From positions 1-64,000 of the forward strand of contig CAWGLD010000005.1 in the NCBI GenBank assembly GCA_963823335.1: a DNA stretch of 64,000 bases. Reading direction: 5' to 3'. This document shows positions 9,783 to 19,437 of this stretch, in pieces. The position numbers and the translations under genes were made by a program. The notes below the pieces were generated by a model, which was not told the origin of the DNA, did no database searches, and saw only the letters and a list, made by a program, of their open reading frames with translations. Position 1 is the stretch's first letter, and each line of letters begins with the position of its first letter. The DNA comes from an uncultured delta proteobacterium. GTDB taxonomy: Bacteria; Desulfobacterota; Desulfobacteria; Desulfobacterales; B30-G6.

Positions 9783-9856
9783 GAACCGCCGTGGTACGTG
9801 AACCGTATGCCCGGTGGTGTGAGAGAGGGAGGTCGTGAGGCCTCCCCCTACTCGAT
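9783..9856 (+). ncRNA. Group IIC intron domains V-VI (3' end of a 5'-truncated intron)
   Basis: GAACCGCCGTGGTACGTGAACCGTATGCCCGGTGGTGTGAGAG...CCCCTACTCGAT with CGC triad, directly after the maturase fragment. Confidence 0.88.
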
Positions 9857-9860
9857 ATGT

Positions 9861-9975
9861 CCAACGAAAACAAAGATATTAGACCCCTAAAATTTTACCG
9901 GTGTGCGAAAAGAATCACAACAGACCGGATCTTGCATTCATAGGCGCCTCTGTAATACCCTGGACATGACCAGAT
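9861..9975. repeat. ~115-bp dispersed non-coding repeat, copy B
   Basis: Aligns with 1227-1340; starts 4 nt after the IIC intron 3' end. Confidence 0.85.
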
Positions 9976-10362
9976 GGTATCTGACAATATTATATGTTTA
10001 CGGATAGTTGGACTTGTCTCCATCTATCGGTATTCCCCCTGATATTTGGTTTCTTGGGAACATTTCAGATCATATCACATTTTTTATAATGCCGACGAAA
10101 TAGCAGTATCTTGTGGTTTTCAAAATTTCCTGATAATGTGTCTTAAATTAGAATCAGGTTTTCAACTGACCTGCATTTAAAACACACCTCAACTCCCCTG
10201 ATTCGTTCTCTTTTACGTTTCACAATATCTTTACTATTCTTGAGCTCGGGACTTTTTAACGATAATATAAGAATGATTGAATTCCAAACATTGCCACATA
10301 GTGCATATCGCCTGTTATAGATTCAGTATTTGGAGCTATCAACTTTGGTAAGGAGTTCTCTG

Positions 10363-10977
10363 ATGAAAAACGACCAGGTTTCAGGAAGGCTTTGGAACAT
10401 TCCGAATCTATTGAGCGCGTTTCGTCTAATCGCAACACCTTTTCTTCTATATTTAGCCTGGAAAGGAAGTCATAATTTGTTCTTGGGTCTTTTAGTGTTT
10501 TCTCTTTTGACAGACGCTATTGACGGGTTCTTAGCGCGAAGATACCGTTGGACATCGGATTTTGGAACCAAACTCGACAGTTGGGGCGATCTCGCCCTGT
10601 ATATGACGGTACCATTTTGTGCTTGGTGGCTTTGGCCTGGTATTGTCAAGCGCGAGATCCATTATATTTTGGTGGTGATAGGAGCTTATTCCCTGCCTTT
10701 ACTATTCGGATTTGCAAAGTTCAAGCGACTACCGAGTTATCATACATGGCCAGCCAAAGCATCGGCCGTGATTATGAGTGCTGCTGTTTTTTTGTTGTTT
10801 GTTTTCGATATTTCTTGGCCATTTCATTTTGCAGCAATTCTTCAGGCACTTGTTGCATTCGAGGAAATAGCCATTACCTTTCTGTTGCCTGAAAGACATT
10901 GTAATGTCCCATCTTTTTTACATGCACTCAAACTTCGTAATGAACATTTTAAAGATAAGCATACAACAGGATTGTGA
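10363..10977 (+). CDS. CDP-alcohol phosphatidyltransferase family protein
   Basis: NIPNLLSAFRL and DAIDGFLARR...FGTKLDSWGD signature; AAGGAG RBS before ATG 10363. Confidence 0.9.
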   Translation: MKNDQVSGRLWNIPNLLSAFRLIATPFLLYLAWKGSHNLFLGLLVFSLLTDAIDGFLARRYRWTSDFGTKLDSWGDLALYMTVPFCAWWLWPGIVKREIHYILVVIGAYSLPLLFGFAKFKRLPSYHTWPAKASAVIMSAAVFLLFVFDISWPFHFAAILQALVAFEEIAITFLLPERHCNVPSFLHALKLRNEHFKDKHTTGL

Positions 10978-11013
10978 TAGGTAACAATCGATCTTGATCG
11001 TGACTGAATGAGA

Positions 11014-11555
11014 GGGCGCCGAGCGTTTAGGAAAAGTCACGGCATAGGATCGTGGCAGGTGGGACTCAGAGAGATGAGCGCAAGCGAACCATTCGATGAA
11101 GCGTCGAAAGACAATGGACGAGGTCAAAACTGAGCTTTTATATGGGGTTCAGGATGAGCTTAGGGGGAGCCTGTGTATTGCCTAAGTGACCTCCGGCGTA
11201 AAGGTGGCATGAATCTGAGTTAGGCTTTTGCTTGGAACTTGGTAACCTGTCGCTTCGATGTTAAGGGAGATACGCAAGTGGAGGACCCACAAGCGTTAGA
11301 GTACCGATGCGAAGCACAGGGGCGGATCATCCTGTATTAGTGTTGAAGGTCCTGTAATGGGATTGGAGCGAAGGGGATGAACCAGCTCACAGTAAGAGAT
11401 GGTCAACCAGGTAACTGGGAGGAACCGGACTTCTTTCTGAGTCGGCTTGAAACCGTGAGGCTTCAAGCGTATGGCTGGTAGGAGCCGTGTGAATCGAGAG
11501 ATTCACGCACGGTTCTGTGGGAGCCTGGGGGTGAGATTCCCCTGGGCCACCCGAC
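11014..11555 (+). ncRNA. ORF-less group II intron (IIB, bacterial class D-like)
   Basis: 5' GGGCGCCGAGCG (GUGCG variant); recognisable DI-DIII segments (GCGTCGAAA, GTACCGATGCG..GCACAGGGGCGGA, TAGT.TTGAAG..CCTGTAATGGG..TGGAGCGAAGGGG); DV GAGCCGTGTGAATCGAGAGATTCACGCACGGTTC; ends ACCCGAC; very short DIV. Confidence 0.85.
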
Positions 11556-11970
11556 TCAGCAATCGGCTGATTGTTGGTTTTTCGACAGAATATCCCAATG
11601 CAATAACATTGAAACATCTAATCTCTTGACCGGACTTATCCGATCCAGTATACATCTATAATACACACTTAAACCACACCTGATTCTGATGTATCTCTGG
11701 TCTCTATCATCCAACTCTAACTCAAGCTGATCTCTCTTTCCTACTCTTCGCCACATAGAAGCAATTTTCAAATAGCTCAGTCACATCAAGTTCTAATACG
11801 CGTGTCCAATACAACCGAATGAACATGAAACTATTCATAACGACAGGAAGTTTGAAACTGCCGATGTAATGCCTCCAGGGGAGTTGGTTCCTTCTGGAGG
11901 CCAATTGTGTTCGTCATCAGGAGGATTAGATTTCATCATAAATTAAAGGAATAAAGCTGGAGGTTAAATC

Positions 11971-12267
11971 ATGGGAAAATATATGGCTCTTTGGGAAGTA
12001 GTTCAATCAACAATACCTATTGACCCAAAAGAAAGAGGAGCAGCCTGGAGCATGTTGATGGCCATGGTAAGGCAAGATCTTGAAAAAGGCGTTGTAAAGG
12101 ATTGGGGTGCATTCCTTGCTGAATCCAACGGTTATGCCGTTTATGAAGGATCTGAGATTGATGTGATGAAAACGATACAGCAATATGTGCCGTTTTGCAC
12201 TTTTAAAGTATATCCAATCGCTACTGAAGACCGTGTGAACGAGATGCTAACCGCTTTAACTGGCTAA
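11971..12267 (+). CDS. Small hypothetical protein, DUF3303-like alpha/beta fold
   Basis: GGAGG RBS; KDWGAF...GYAVYEG...FKVYP pattern. Confidence 0.65.
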   Translation: MGKYMALWEVVQSTIPIDPKERGAAWSMLMAMVRQDLEKGVVKDWGAFLAESNGYAVYEGSEIDVMKTIQQYVPFCTFKVYPIATEDRVNEMLTALTG

Positions 12268-12390
12268 TTCAAAGGTCAGCAACATTGGTGTTTATTATGC
12301 TCATCGGTTGGATCCAAACAGGCCTGAGGCATTCAATAGTTTCAGACCGTTCCCCTATAACAGCAAATCTTGGAAAAAGGAGGTTTAAAA

Positions 12391-12711
12391 ATGCCATACT
12401 TGATAACGACATCATTGTACCCGAGTGAAAAGGCACCTGAAGTAGCTGCAAGATATTTGGAGGCGCTTACAAAGTATCCTCCCGATGAGAGCTTGGGAAC
12501 CGAAACTGTTCCAGTTGCAGTAAAATCAACGCACCAGGGAATTAAAGGGATTTCCATTTCTGATGTTCAGAAAGGGAAACTTGATGCAGCTTATACTCGT
12601 GCGGTTAATATGATGGTAATGTTTCAGAGTATTGCTGGTTTTGTATATACCGTTGAAGTGTATTTGAAAATTGAAGAAGCAATGTCGGCTATCGGCATGG
12701 ATATGCCTTAG
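12391..12711 (+). CDS. Small conserved hypothetical protein
   Basis: AAGGAGG RBS before ATG 12391; protein-like composition. Confidence 0.7.
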   Translation: MPYLITTSLYPSEKAPEVAARYLEALTKYPPDESLGTETVPVAVKSTHQGIKGISISDVQKGKLDAAYTRAVNMMVMFQSIAGFVYTVEVYLKIEEAMSAIGMDMP

Positions 12712-12778
12712 CTGAATTGTTCTATCCGATTTAAGAAACTGTCTTGTTATCAACACGCTACATCAATGGAGGTGTCTC

Positions 12779-13015
12779 ATGCCCTTTATCAACATTAAGG
12801 TTCTGAAAGGTACTCTGTCAAATGAAAAGAAAGGCGAAATGATTAAAAGGGTTTCTGAAACCGTTGCAGAGATCGAAGCAAGTCCAAGCCCCAAAGACAA
12901 CCTTGTTCCATATACATGGTGTGTTATCGAGGAGGTCGAATTTGAAAATTGGGGTATTGGAGGCAATCAGGTTTCACTGGAAATGTTACAGGCTGTAATT
13001 GCTGGTAAAACATAA
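12779..13015 (+). CDS. 4-oxalocrotonate tautomerase family protein
   Basis: N-terminal catalytic Pro (MPFINIK), C-terminal IEEV..ENWGIGG. Confidence 0.9.
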   Translation: MPFINIKVLKGTLSNEKKGEMIKRVSETVAEIEASPSPKDNLVPYTWCVIEEVEFENWGIGGNQVSLEMLQAVIAGKT

Positions 13016-13201
13016 CAACATTTTTTGAATGATATATTTCAACATGCCTTAACTTTAGATGATAGTTTATTGCTATTATTAAACCATAGATTTGCCCATG
13101 TTGCTATATACTGAATCAAGATTATATTTATTGTGAAAGGGTTAGAAATAACAGGAGCATTATATGCATGATCTTTAATGAATATTCTAATAGGTGAAGA
13201 T

Positions 13202-13348
13202 ATGGAATCATTAATTTTAATTACTTTTGTATCCTTAACAGTTATTGCTATGTTTCTTTTAAAATACAGATGGCCTAAACCCAAGAATAATACCATTTAC
13301 GTGTGCGACCTGTGTGGTGAACGGCATTGCGAATGTACTCGGAAATAA
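13202..13348 (+). CDS. 48-aa membrane-anchored protein with CxxC-x3-HCxC motif (missing from the ORF track)
   Basis: AGGTGA RBS; MESLILITFVSLTVIAMFLLKYRWPKPKNNTIYVCDLCGERHCECTRK. Confidence 0.65.
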   Translation: MESLILITFVSLTVIAMFLLKYRWPKPKNNTIYVCDLCGERHCECTRK

Positions 13349-13379
13349 CGTTCCAAAATGATGATTCGGAGATTTTTAT

Positions 13380-13583
13380 ATGAGCGAGATCAGGGCTAAA
13401 ATATTCAGCTATTGTACTACCAATATTAATCCACCAGGGGAGTTGCAGATAAATAAATGGTTCAAGGAAAATCCGGACATAGAAATTGTCGATATGCTTC
13501 AATCTGAATCCATGGTGGCTCAAGAAAACCGAGTTGAGCGCAATTTGACCATCACCTTGCTTTTTCGACAGCCGCGCAACTAA
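13380..13583 (+). CDS. Small hypothetical protein
   Basis: GGAG RBS; INKWFKENPDIEIVDMLQS pattern. Confidence 0.6.
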   Translation: MSEIRAKIFSYCTTNINPPGELQINKWFKENPDIEIVDMLQSESMVAQENRVERNLTITLLFRQPRN

Positions 13584-13694
13584 ATTCATTGAGTTTTAGC
13601 TGTATGATGAAGAATCGGCCGAGTGATGCCGTGAGTGTAGAAGATATAGATTTATTCACGGTAATTTTAAACCTTCAACAAAGAAGGAGCGATC

Positions 13695-13997
13695 ATGAAA
13701 GTACAGGATTATTGTAAAGCGATGCATGCTGAGGTTAGTGCATGGAAAGAAAAGCTCGAAGCGATGAAAAAGGTTGCGGACAGTTATGGCACAGAACAGA
13801 AAGAAAAAATTTTGCCGCTTGTTGGCCAGCTTGAGCAGGAGGTTACCAGTGCCCAGATGAGGGTTCAGCAGCTTGAAACAGAATGCCCATCAGACTGGTC
13901 ACCGATGAAAAATGAAATCGATGATCTATTCGGTACCATTGGGAGCAGTGTCGACCGCGCCTGGCGTGATCTTTCTCCTGGTGAGGTTGGTGGATAA
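13695..13997 (+). CDS. Small helical conserved hypothetical protein
   Basis: AAGGAG RBS; coiled-coil-like, LETECPSDWSP; followed by a hairpin at ~14009-14034. Confidence 0.75.
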   Translation: MKVQDYCKAMHAEVSAWKEKLEAMKKVADSYGTEQKEKILPLVGQLEQEVTSAQMRVQQLETECPSDWSPMKNEIDDLFGTIGSSVDRAWRDLSPGEVGG

Positions 13998-14336
13998 AAC
14001 AGATATTTGGGAGGGAATCACTTTTTCCCTCCTTAAACATCTTAGGTTGCCTAAGTTCATTTAAAGTCTGTCTTTTATGTATGTGATGCGTTTGGGTTCG
14101 CTAGCTGATAAGGCAGTACGAAGAGAGTACAGTTGCAACATCAAATAGGAATCTTCCTAAAAACTTGTGAAAGTCAGATATCAATTCCTGCCAAAACCCA
14201 TCAATTAGACCACAAAAACATAGCCAAAATCCACCCCTCCAAATCCTGTTGGGCACGATTTGGTCACAAAACGCAAAAAAGCCGATTTCTGATGAAACCG
14301 GCTTTTTCATAACATATTAATATTTATTAATATATA

Positions 14337-14414
<78 letters not shown>

Positions 14415-14539
14415 ACTGTGGGCGACAACTTAACACCGCTTTTCCAGCATGTCAAGAAATCCCGAGGCAAAATATCAAACAAGAAATATGACAACTAAAT
14501 ACTTGATCTTAAAAGAAAAACATGCTAATATGCTTCAAT

Positions 14540-15448
14540 ATGGAAACAAAAATAATTAAACCTGCCCGCTTGTCTGCAGGTGATGTCATCGGTATTGCGG
14601 CACCGGCCGGTCCTTTTGAAATGGATAATTTTGAACGGGGGGTCGGGGTCATCAAAGACATGGGATTCGAAGTGCTGGTACCGGAGAACCTGCAACAACC
14701 CGAAAGATACCTGGCCGGAACGGACAAACATCGCGCTTTGGTACTCAACGACCTGTTCAAGGCTCCGGAAGTTAAAGCCATCATCTGTGCCAGGGGCGGT
14801 TATGGCTCAATGCGTATTCTCGACCTTTTGGACTTTGATCTGCCTGGACATCATCCAAAGATATTTCTAGGATTCAGCGACATATCGGCCTTGATTTCAA
14901 CCATCAGCACCAGGAGCGGTCTGGTGGCATTTCATGGGCCGAATATCACCACACTCGGCAAGGCAAGCCCTCAGACAAAATCATCTTTTTACCATGCCGT
15001 GACTTCGGGCCAGCCCCTTGCCATCCAGCCTGAAAGCACCAGGGTGGTCAGTTCTGGTAAGGCTTCCGGTATCGTGACCGGCGGTAATCTGGCAACCCTG
15101 TGCCATTTGTTGGGGACCCCGTATTCACCGACATACAGGGGCTGCCTATTTGTCATGGAAGATATCGGAGAAACCCCGTACAAAATCGATCGGATGCTGT
15201 TTCAGATGCGAATGGCTGGCTGCTTTCAAGGGGTTTCAGGTCTTGTTCTGGGAAATTTCCATGATTGCGGGAGCTATGATGCGATATACGAGATCGTCGC
15301 CAACATTTTCGAAGATATGCAGATTCCTATCCTGGGAGGATTTGGGATCGGTCACGGTGAAGAGAACATGACCATCCCCATGGGTATCCAGGCTACTCTC
15401 GATACAGAGCAAGGTGCCATGGTGTATGAGGAGGCTGCATTGGTTTAG
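14540..15448 (+). CDS. ldcA: LD-carboxypeptidase (S66 family)
   Basis: ARGGYG, LGFSDIS, GGNL, EDIGE, IGHG motifs; alternative start at 14522. Confidence 0.9.
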   Translation: METKIIKPARLSAGDVIGIAAPAGPFEMDNFERGVGVIKDMGFEVLVPENLQQPERYLAGTDKHRALVLNDLFKAPEVKAIICARGGYGSMRILDLLDFDLPGHHPKIFLGFSDISALISTISTRSGLVAFHGPNITTLGKASPQTKSSFYHAVTSGQPLAIQPESTRVVSSGKASGIVTGGNLATLCHLLGTPYSPTYRGCLFVMEDIGETPYKIDRMLFQMRMAGCFQGVSGLVLGNFHDCGSYDAIYEIVANIFEDMQIPILGGFGIGHGEENMTIPMGIQATLDTEQGAMVYEEAALV

Positions 15449-15454
15449 TGCCTT

Positions 15455-15490
15455 TTTCGTGTCTTCGTACTTTCGTGTTTTCGTGATTAA
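15455..15490. repeat. TTCGT(G/A) octamer-type tandem repeat; related inverted pair at 43483-43533
   Basis: TTTCGTGTCTTCGTACTTTCGTGTTTTCGTGATTAA; GTGTTTTCGTGATTAA is identical at 43518. Confidence 0.7.
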
Positions 15491-15526
15491 AGGTCTTTTT
15501 CTTTCTCAGATTATGCGAATTGGATA

Positions 15527-16630
15527 ATGAATCAGATTGGGTTCCCATATATATCCTCGTTGCGTTCCGCACAGCATTTAATGCAGGATGCTGTATCCGA
15601 CGGGACTTTCCCGGGCGGTGTTTTGCTGGCCTCGAAGGATGGCGATGTCCTGATTCACCAGGCATTCGGGCAGGCCGATCTGGTCGCCGGCACTCCGGTT
15701 TCGACCCGAACTATTTTCGATCTGGCGTCTCTCACCAAACCTCTTGCTACGACCCCGGCCGTCCTGATGCTGATGGAACGTGGTCAACTGACGCTGGACC
15801 ACACTATCGGCGACGTCATGATATCCTGCAGAGAGACAGACAAGGCAGACATTACCATCAGACAACTGCTGTATCACAGTTCGGGCTTGCCTGATTACCG
15901 TCCCTATTTCAAAAAACTGGCTGACGAAGACCCATCCAGAAGAAGAACGTTGATCCTGGAAATGATTCTGAACGAACCCCTGGCATATCCTAGCGGAGAA
16001 AAGGTGCTATACAGCGACCTGGGGTTCATGCTCTTGCGGGGGATCGTCGAGACGCTCAGCAGCAGTCGTCTCGATGATCTGGTGCGAAAGGAAATCTACC
16101 TGCCGCTGCAGTTGAAGGATCTGTTTTTTGTGGACACGAAATCCCCCCTGCCACCAGAAGACCGGTTTGCCGCAACCGAGACTTGCCCCTGGCGTCACAC
16201 CAAGATTCGGGGTGTGGTCCACGATGAGAATGCTTTTGTCGTTGGTGGTGTGGATGGTCATGCCGGTTTGTTCGGTACGGCTTTCGATGTGCATTGTCTG
16301 CTCGTGGAAATGTTAGGCTTGTATTCAGGCGCTTTGTCTGATCACATATTCCAACCGGATTTGATTAAAGAATTTCTGGATTATGGAAAAGGAACAGAAC
16401 GGGCACTGGGGTTTGATCGACCGGCAGCAAACGGGTCGGCCAGCGGCTGTCGTTTTTCCCAAAACAGTGTGGGACATCTGGGGTTTACGGGAACCTCTTT
16501 CTGGATGGATCTTGATCGTTCAATTATCATCATCCTTTTGACCAACCGGATTCATCCGGGGCGCGACAATGAAAAAATCCGCAGTTTCCGACCGGTTCTG
16601 CATGATGCGGTTATGGAAACGCTGCGCTGA
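15527..16630 (+). CDS. Serine hydrolase (beta-lactamase-related family)
   Basis: FDLASLTK (SxxK), YSDLGF, GHAGLF, GHLGFTGTS. Confidence 0.9.
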   Translation: MNQIGFPYISSLRSAQHLMQDAVSDGTFPGGVLLASKDGDVLIHQAFGQADLVAGTPVSTRTIFDLASLTKPLATTPAVLMLMERGQLTLDHTIGDVMISCRETDKADITIRQLLYHSSGLPDYRPYFKKLADEDPSRRRTLILEMILNEPLAYPSGEKVLYSDLGFMLLRGIVETLSSSRLDDLVRKEIYLPLQLKDLFFVDTKSPLPPEDRFAATETCPWRHTKIRGVVHDENAFVVGGVDGHAGLFGTAFDVHCLLVEMLGLYSGALSDHIFQPDLIKEFLDYGKGTERALGFDRPAANGSASGCRFSQNSVGHLGFTGTSFWMDLDRSIIIILLTNRIHPGRDNEKIRSFRPVLHDAVMETLR

Positions 16631-16825
16631 TATTTGCCCTGCGGGCGACATTCGCGCTTCGCGCGTCATTTGTCCTCCGGACGACATTTGCACGTTGTGC
16701 GTCATTTATCGCTGCTCATAGCAACAATGAATGACAGCGAAGCGAATGACAACAAATAACACGAAGTTAATGACCCATTTATAGCGGCGAAGCCGCAGCA
16801 AATAAAATCGCACAGCGATTTTATT
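16629..16825. repeat. GTCATTT + GNA-triloop hairpin micro-array, locus 1
   Basis: Four 18-nt units followed by an inverted arm of AATGAC units. Confidence 0.8.
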
Positions 16826-17028
16826 CTTGTAATAATTTAAGAACTTTGATAGCGCTCATCTGTTACAAAAAGTGACTGCGATTGTGGCGCAAGGGCTGTT
16901 TTAAGGTAGGAATTCAATTTACTTAGGTGAAAACGAGCGTACAAATCAGGCTCAAAACCGGCTATCGTTTTGCACTAACTGGCGACATCGTCGCGGTTTA
17001 TAATATTGTTAAATGATTTAACCTATAG

Positions 17029-18084
<1,056 letters not shown>

Positions 18085-18088
18085 TTTC

Positions 18089-18925
18089 ATGTTCTCGAAA
18101 AAGATGATCATGATTATTGGCGCAATCATTTTGATTGCTGTCAATATCATTATTCTATCGGTAAACAGCCAGGACAGAACACCCTCAACACGTACCGGTC
18201 AAGCCGCCCTTTATTTTATATCCCCTTTCCAGGAATTGGCATCCAACAGCATCCATTTTTTACAGAACATCTGGCGAAACTATTTCGATCTTGTGGGTGT
18301 TTCCCAGCAGAATAACAGCCTGGTCAAGGCATTGAAAGCCGCCAACGAAAAAAACAACAGTCTTAAAGAGCTTGAGCTGGCCCATTTCAGACTTCAAGAG
18401 TTGCTCGAATTCAAACCCGATTTGAAAAGACAAGTTACGGCGGCGGCGGTTGTGGGGAAAGATCCGTCTCCATGGCTTAGAACAGTCATTATCAACAAGG
18501 GCACGGATGAAGGTGTTCAGAGGGGTATGCCCGTGGTGACCCCGGACGGCATTGTCGGTCTGGTAACCGATGCTTCGACAGGTTACGCAAAAGTTTTACT
18601 GATAACAGATCAAAACAGCGCGGTGGATGCTCTGACGCAATCCACGCGTGCAAGGGGAATCATCAAAGGAGAGTTTTCCGGCAAACTGCGTCTCGACTAT
18701 GTACTTCGCCGCCACGACATAACCGAAGGTGACACCATTATTTCTTCCGGTCTGGATGGTGTCTTCCCCAAGGGACTCCGGATGGGGTATGTCCATGAGG
18801 TTGTCAAACCCAATGCCGGCATTTTCCAGGAGGTGTCTGTAACACCCTATGTCGATTTCGAAAAACTGGAGGAAGTGCTGGTTATTATCGATTCACCGGA
18901 ACCTGTGAAATTTTCTGAACCATGA
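18089..18925 (+). CDS. mreC: Rod shape-determining protein MreC
   Basis: N-terminal TM, coiled coil, SGLDGVFPKG; synteny. Confidence 0.95.
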   Translation: MFSKKMIMIIGAIILIAVNIIILSVNSQDRTPSTRTGQAALYFISPFQELASNSIHFLQNIWRNYFDLVGVSQQNNSLVKALKAANEKNNSLKELELAHFRLQELLEFKPDLKRQVTAAAVVGKDPSPWLRTVIINKGTDEGVQRGMPVVTPDGIVGLVTDASTGYAKVLLITDQNSAVDALTQSTRARGIIKGEFSGKLRLDYVLRRHDITEGDTIISSGLDGVFPKGLRMGYVHEVVKPNAGIFQEVSVTPYVDFEKLEEVLVIIDSPEPVKFSEP

Positions 18926-19437
18926 CATATCTTCTTTACACAATTGTCTGTTTTCTGGTGGTGGTATTTCAGACAACCCTCTCCATGCATTTTACCTGGT
19001 TTGATGGAATGTATGATTTTTTTCTGCTGTTTGTCATCTACCTGGGATTTTATCGGACAGTTCGGGAAGGCTTTCCGTTTATCTTTTTTGTCGGTCTGGC
19101 CATGGATGCATTGTCCAGCGGACCTTTCGGTCTGTATTTGACCAGTTACTTCTGGTTATACATAGGTATCTTAGGGATGAGCAGGGTTATGCGTGTGGGC
19201 AACAATATGATATTGCCACTGGTGGTGGTTGGCAGCATCCTTTTTCAGAACATCATTTTTCTCGGCACCATGACCCTTTTCGTGCAGGAGGCAAAAATCC
19301 CGGTTTTTTTTTACGGGAACGCCCTGACACAACTGCTATGGTCCGTCATTACAGGGCCGGTTCTGATTCTTCTTTTCCGCCGTATGCATATGACCATGGA
19401 AAAATGGCTAAAGACATTCGAGCCGGAATATAGATGA
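18922..19437 (+). CDS. mreD: Rod shape-determining protein MreD
   Basis: Hydrophobic, GLAMDALS motif; lies between mreC and mrdA. Confidence 0.85.
   Translation: MTYLLYTIVCFLVVVFQTTLSMHFTWFDGMYDFFLLFVIYLGFYRTVREGFPFIFFVGLAMDALSSGPFGLYLTSYFWLYIGILGMSRVMRVGNNMILPLVVVGSILFQNIIFLGTMTLFVQEAKIPVFFYGNALTQLLWSVITGPVLILLFRRMHMTMEKWLKTFEPEYR

Noticed and set aside
9859-10012. Integron attC site (GTCCAAC ... GTTGGAC)
   Set aside because: Core ends are complementary, but the span (~154 bp) is long, internal L-box pairing is poor, no IntI is present and the intron junction does not fit IIC-attC geometry
11556-11771. Minus-strand ORF as host gene of the ORF-less intron
   Set aside because: It stops at the intron boundary, has no recognisable motif, and does not continue on the other side
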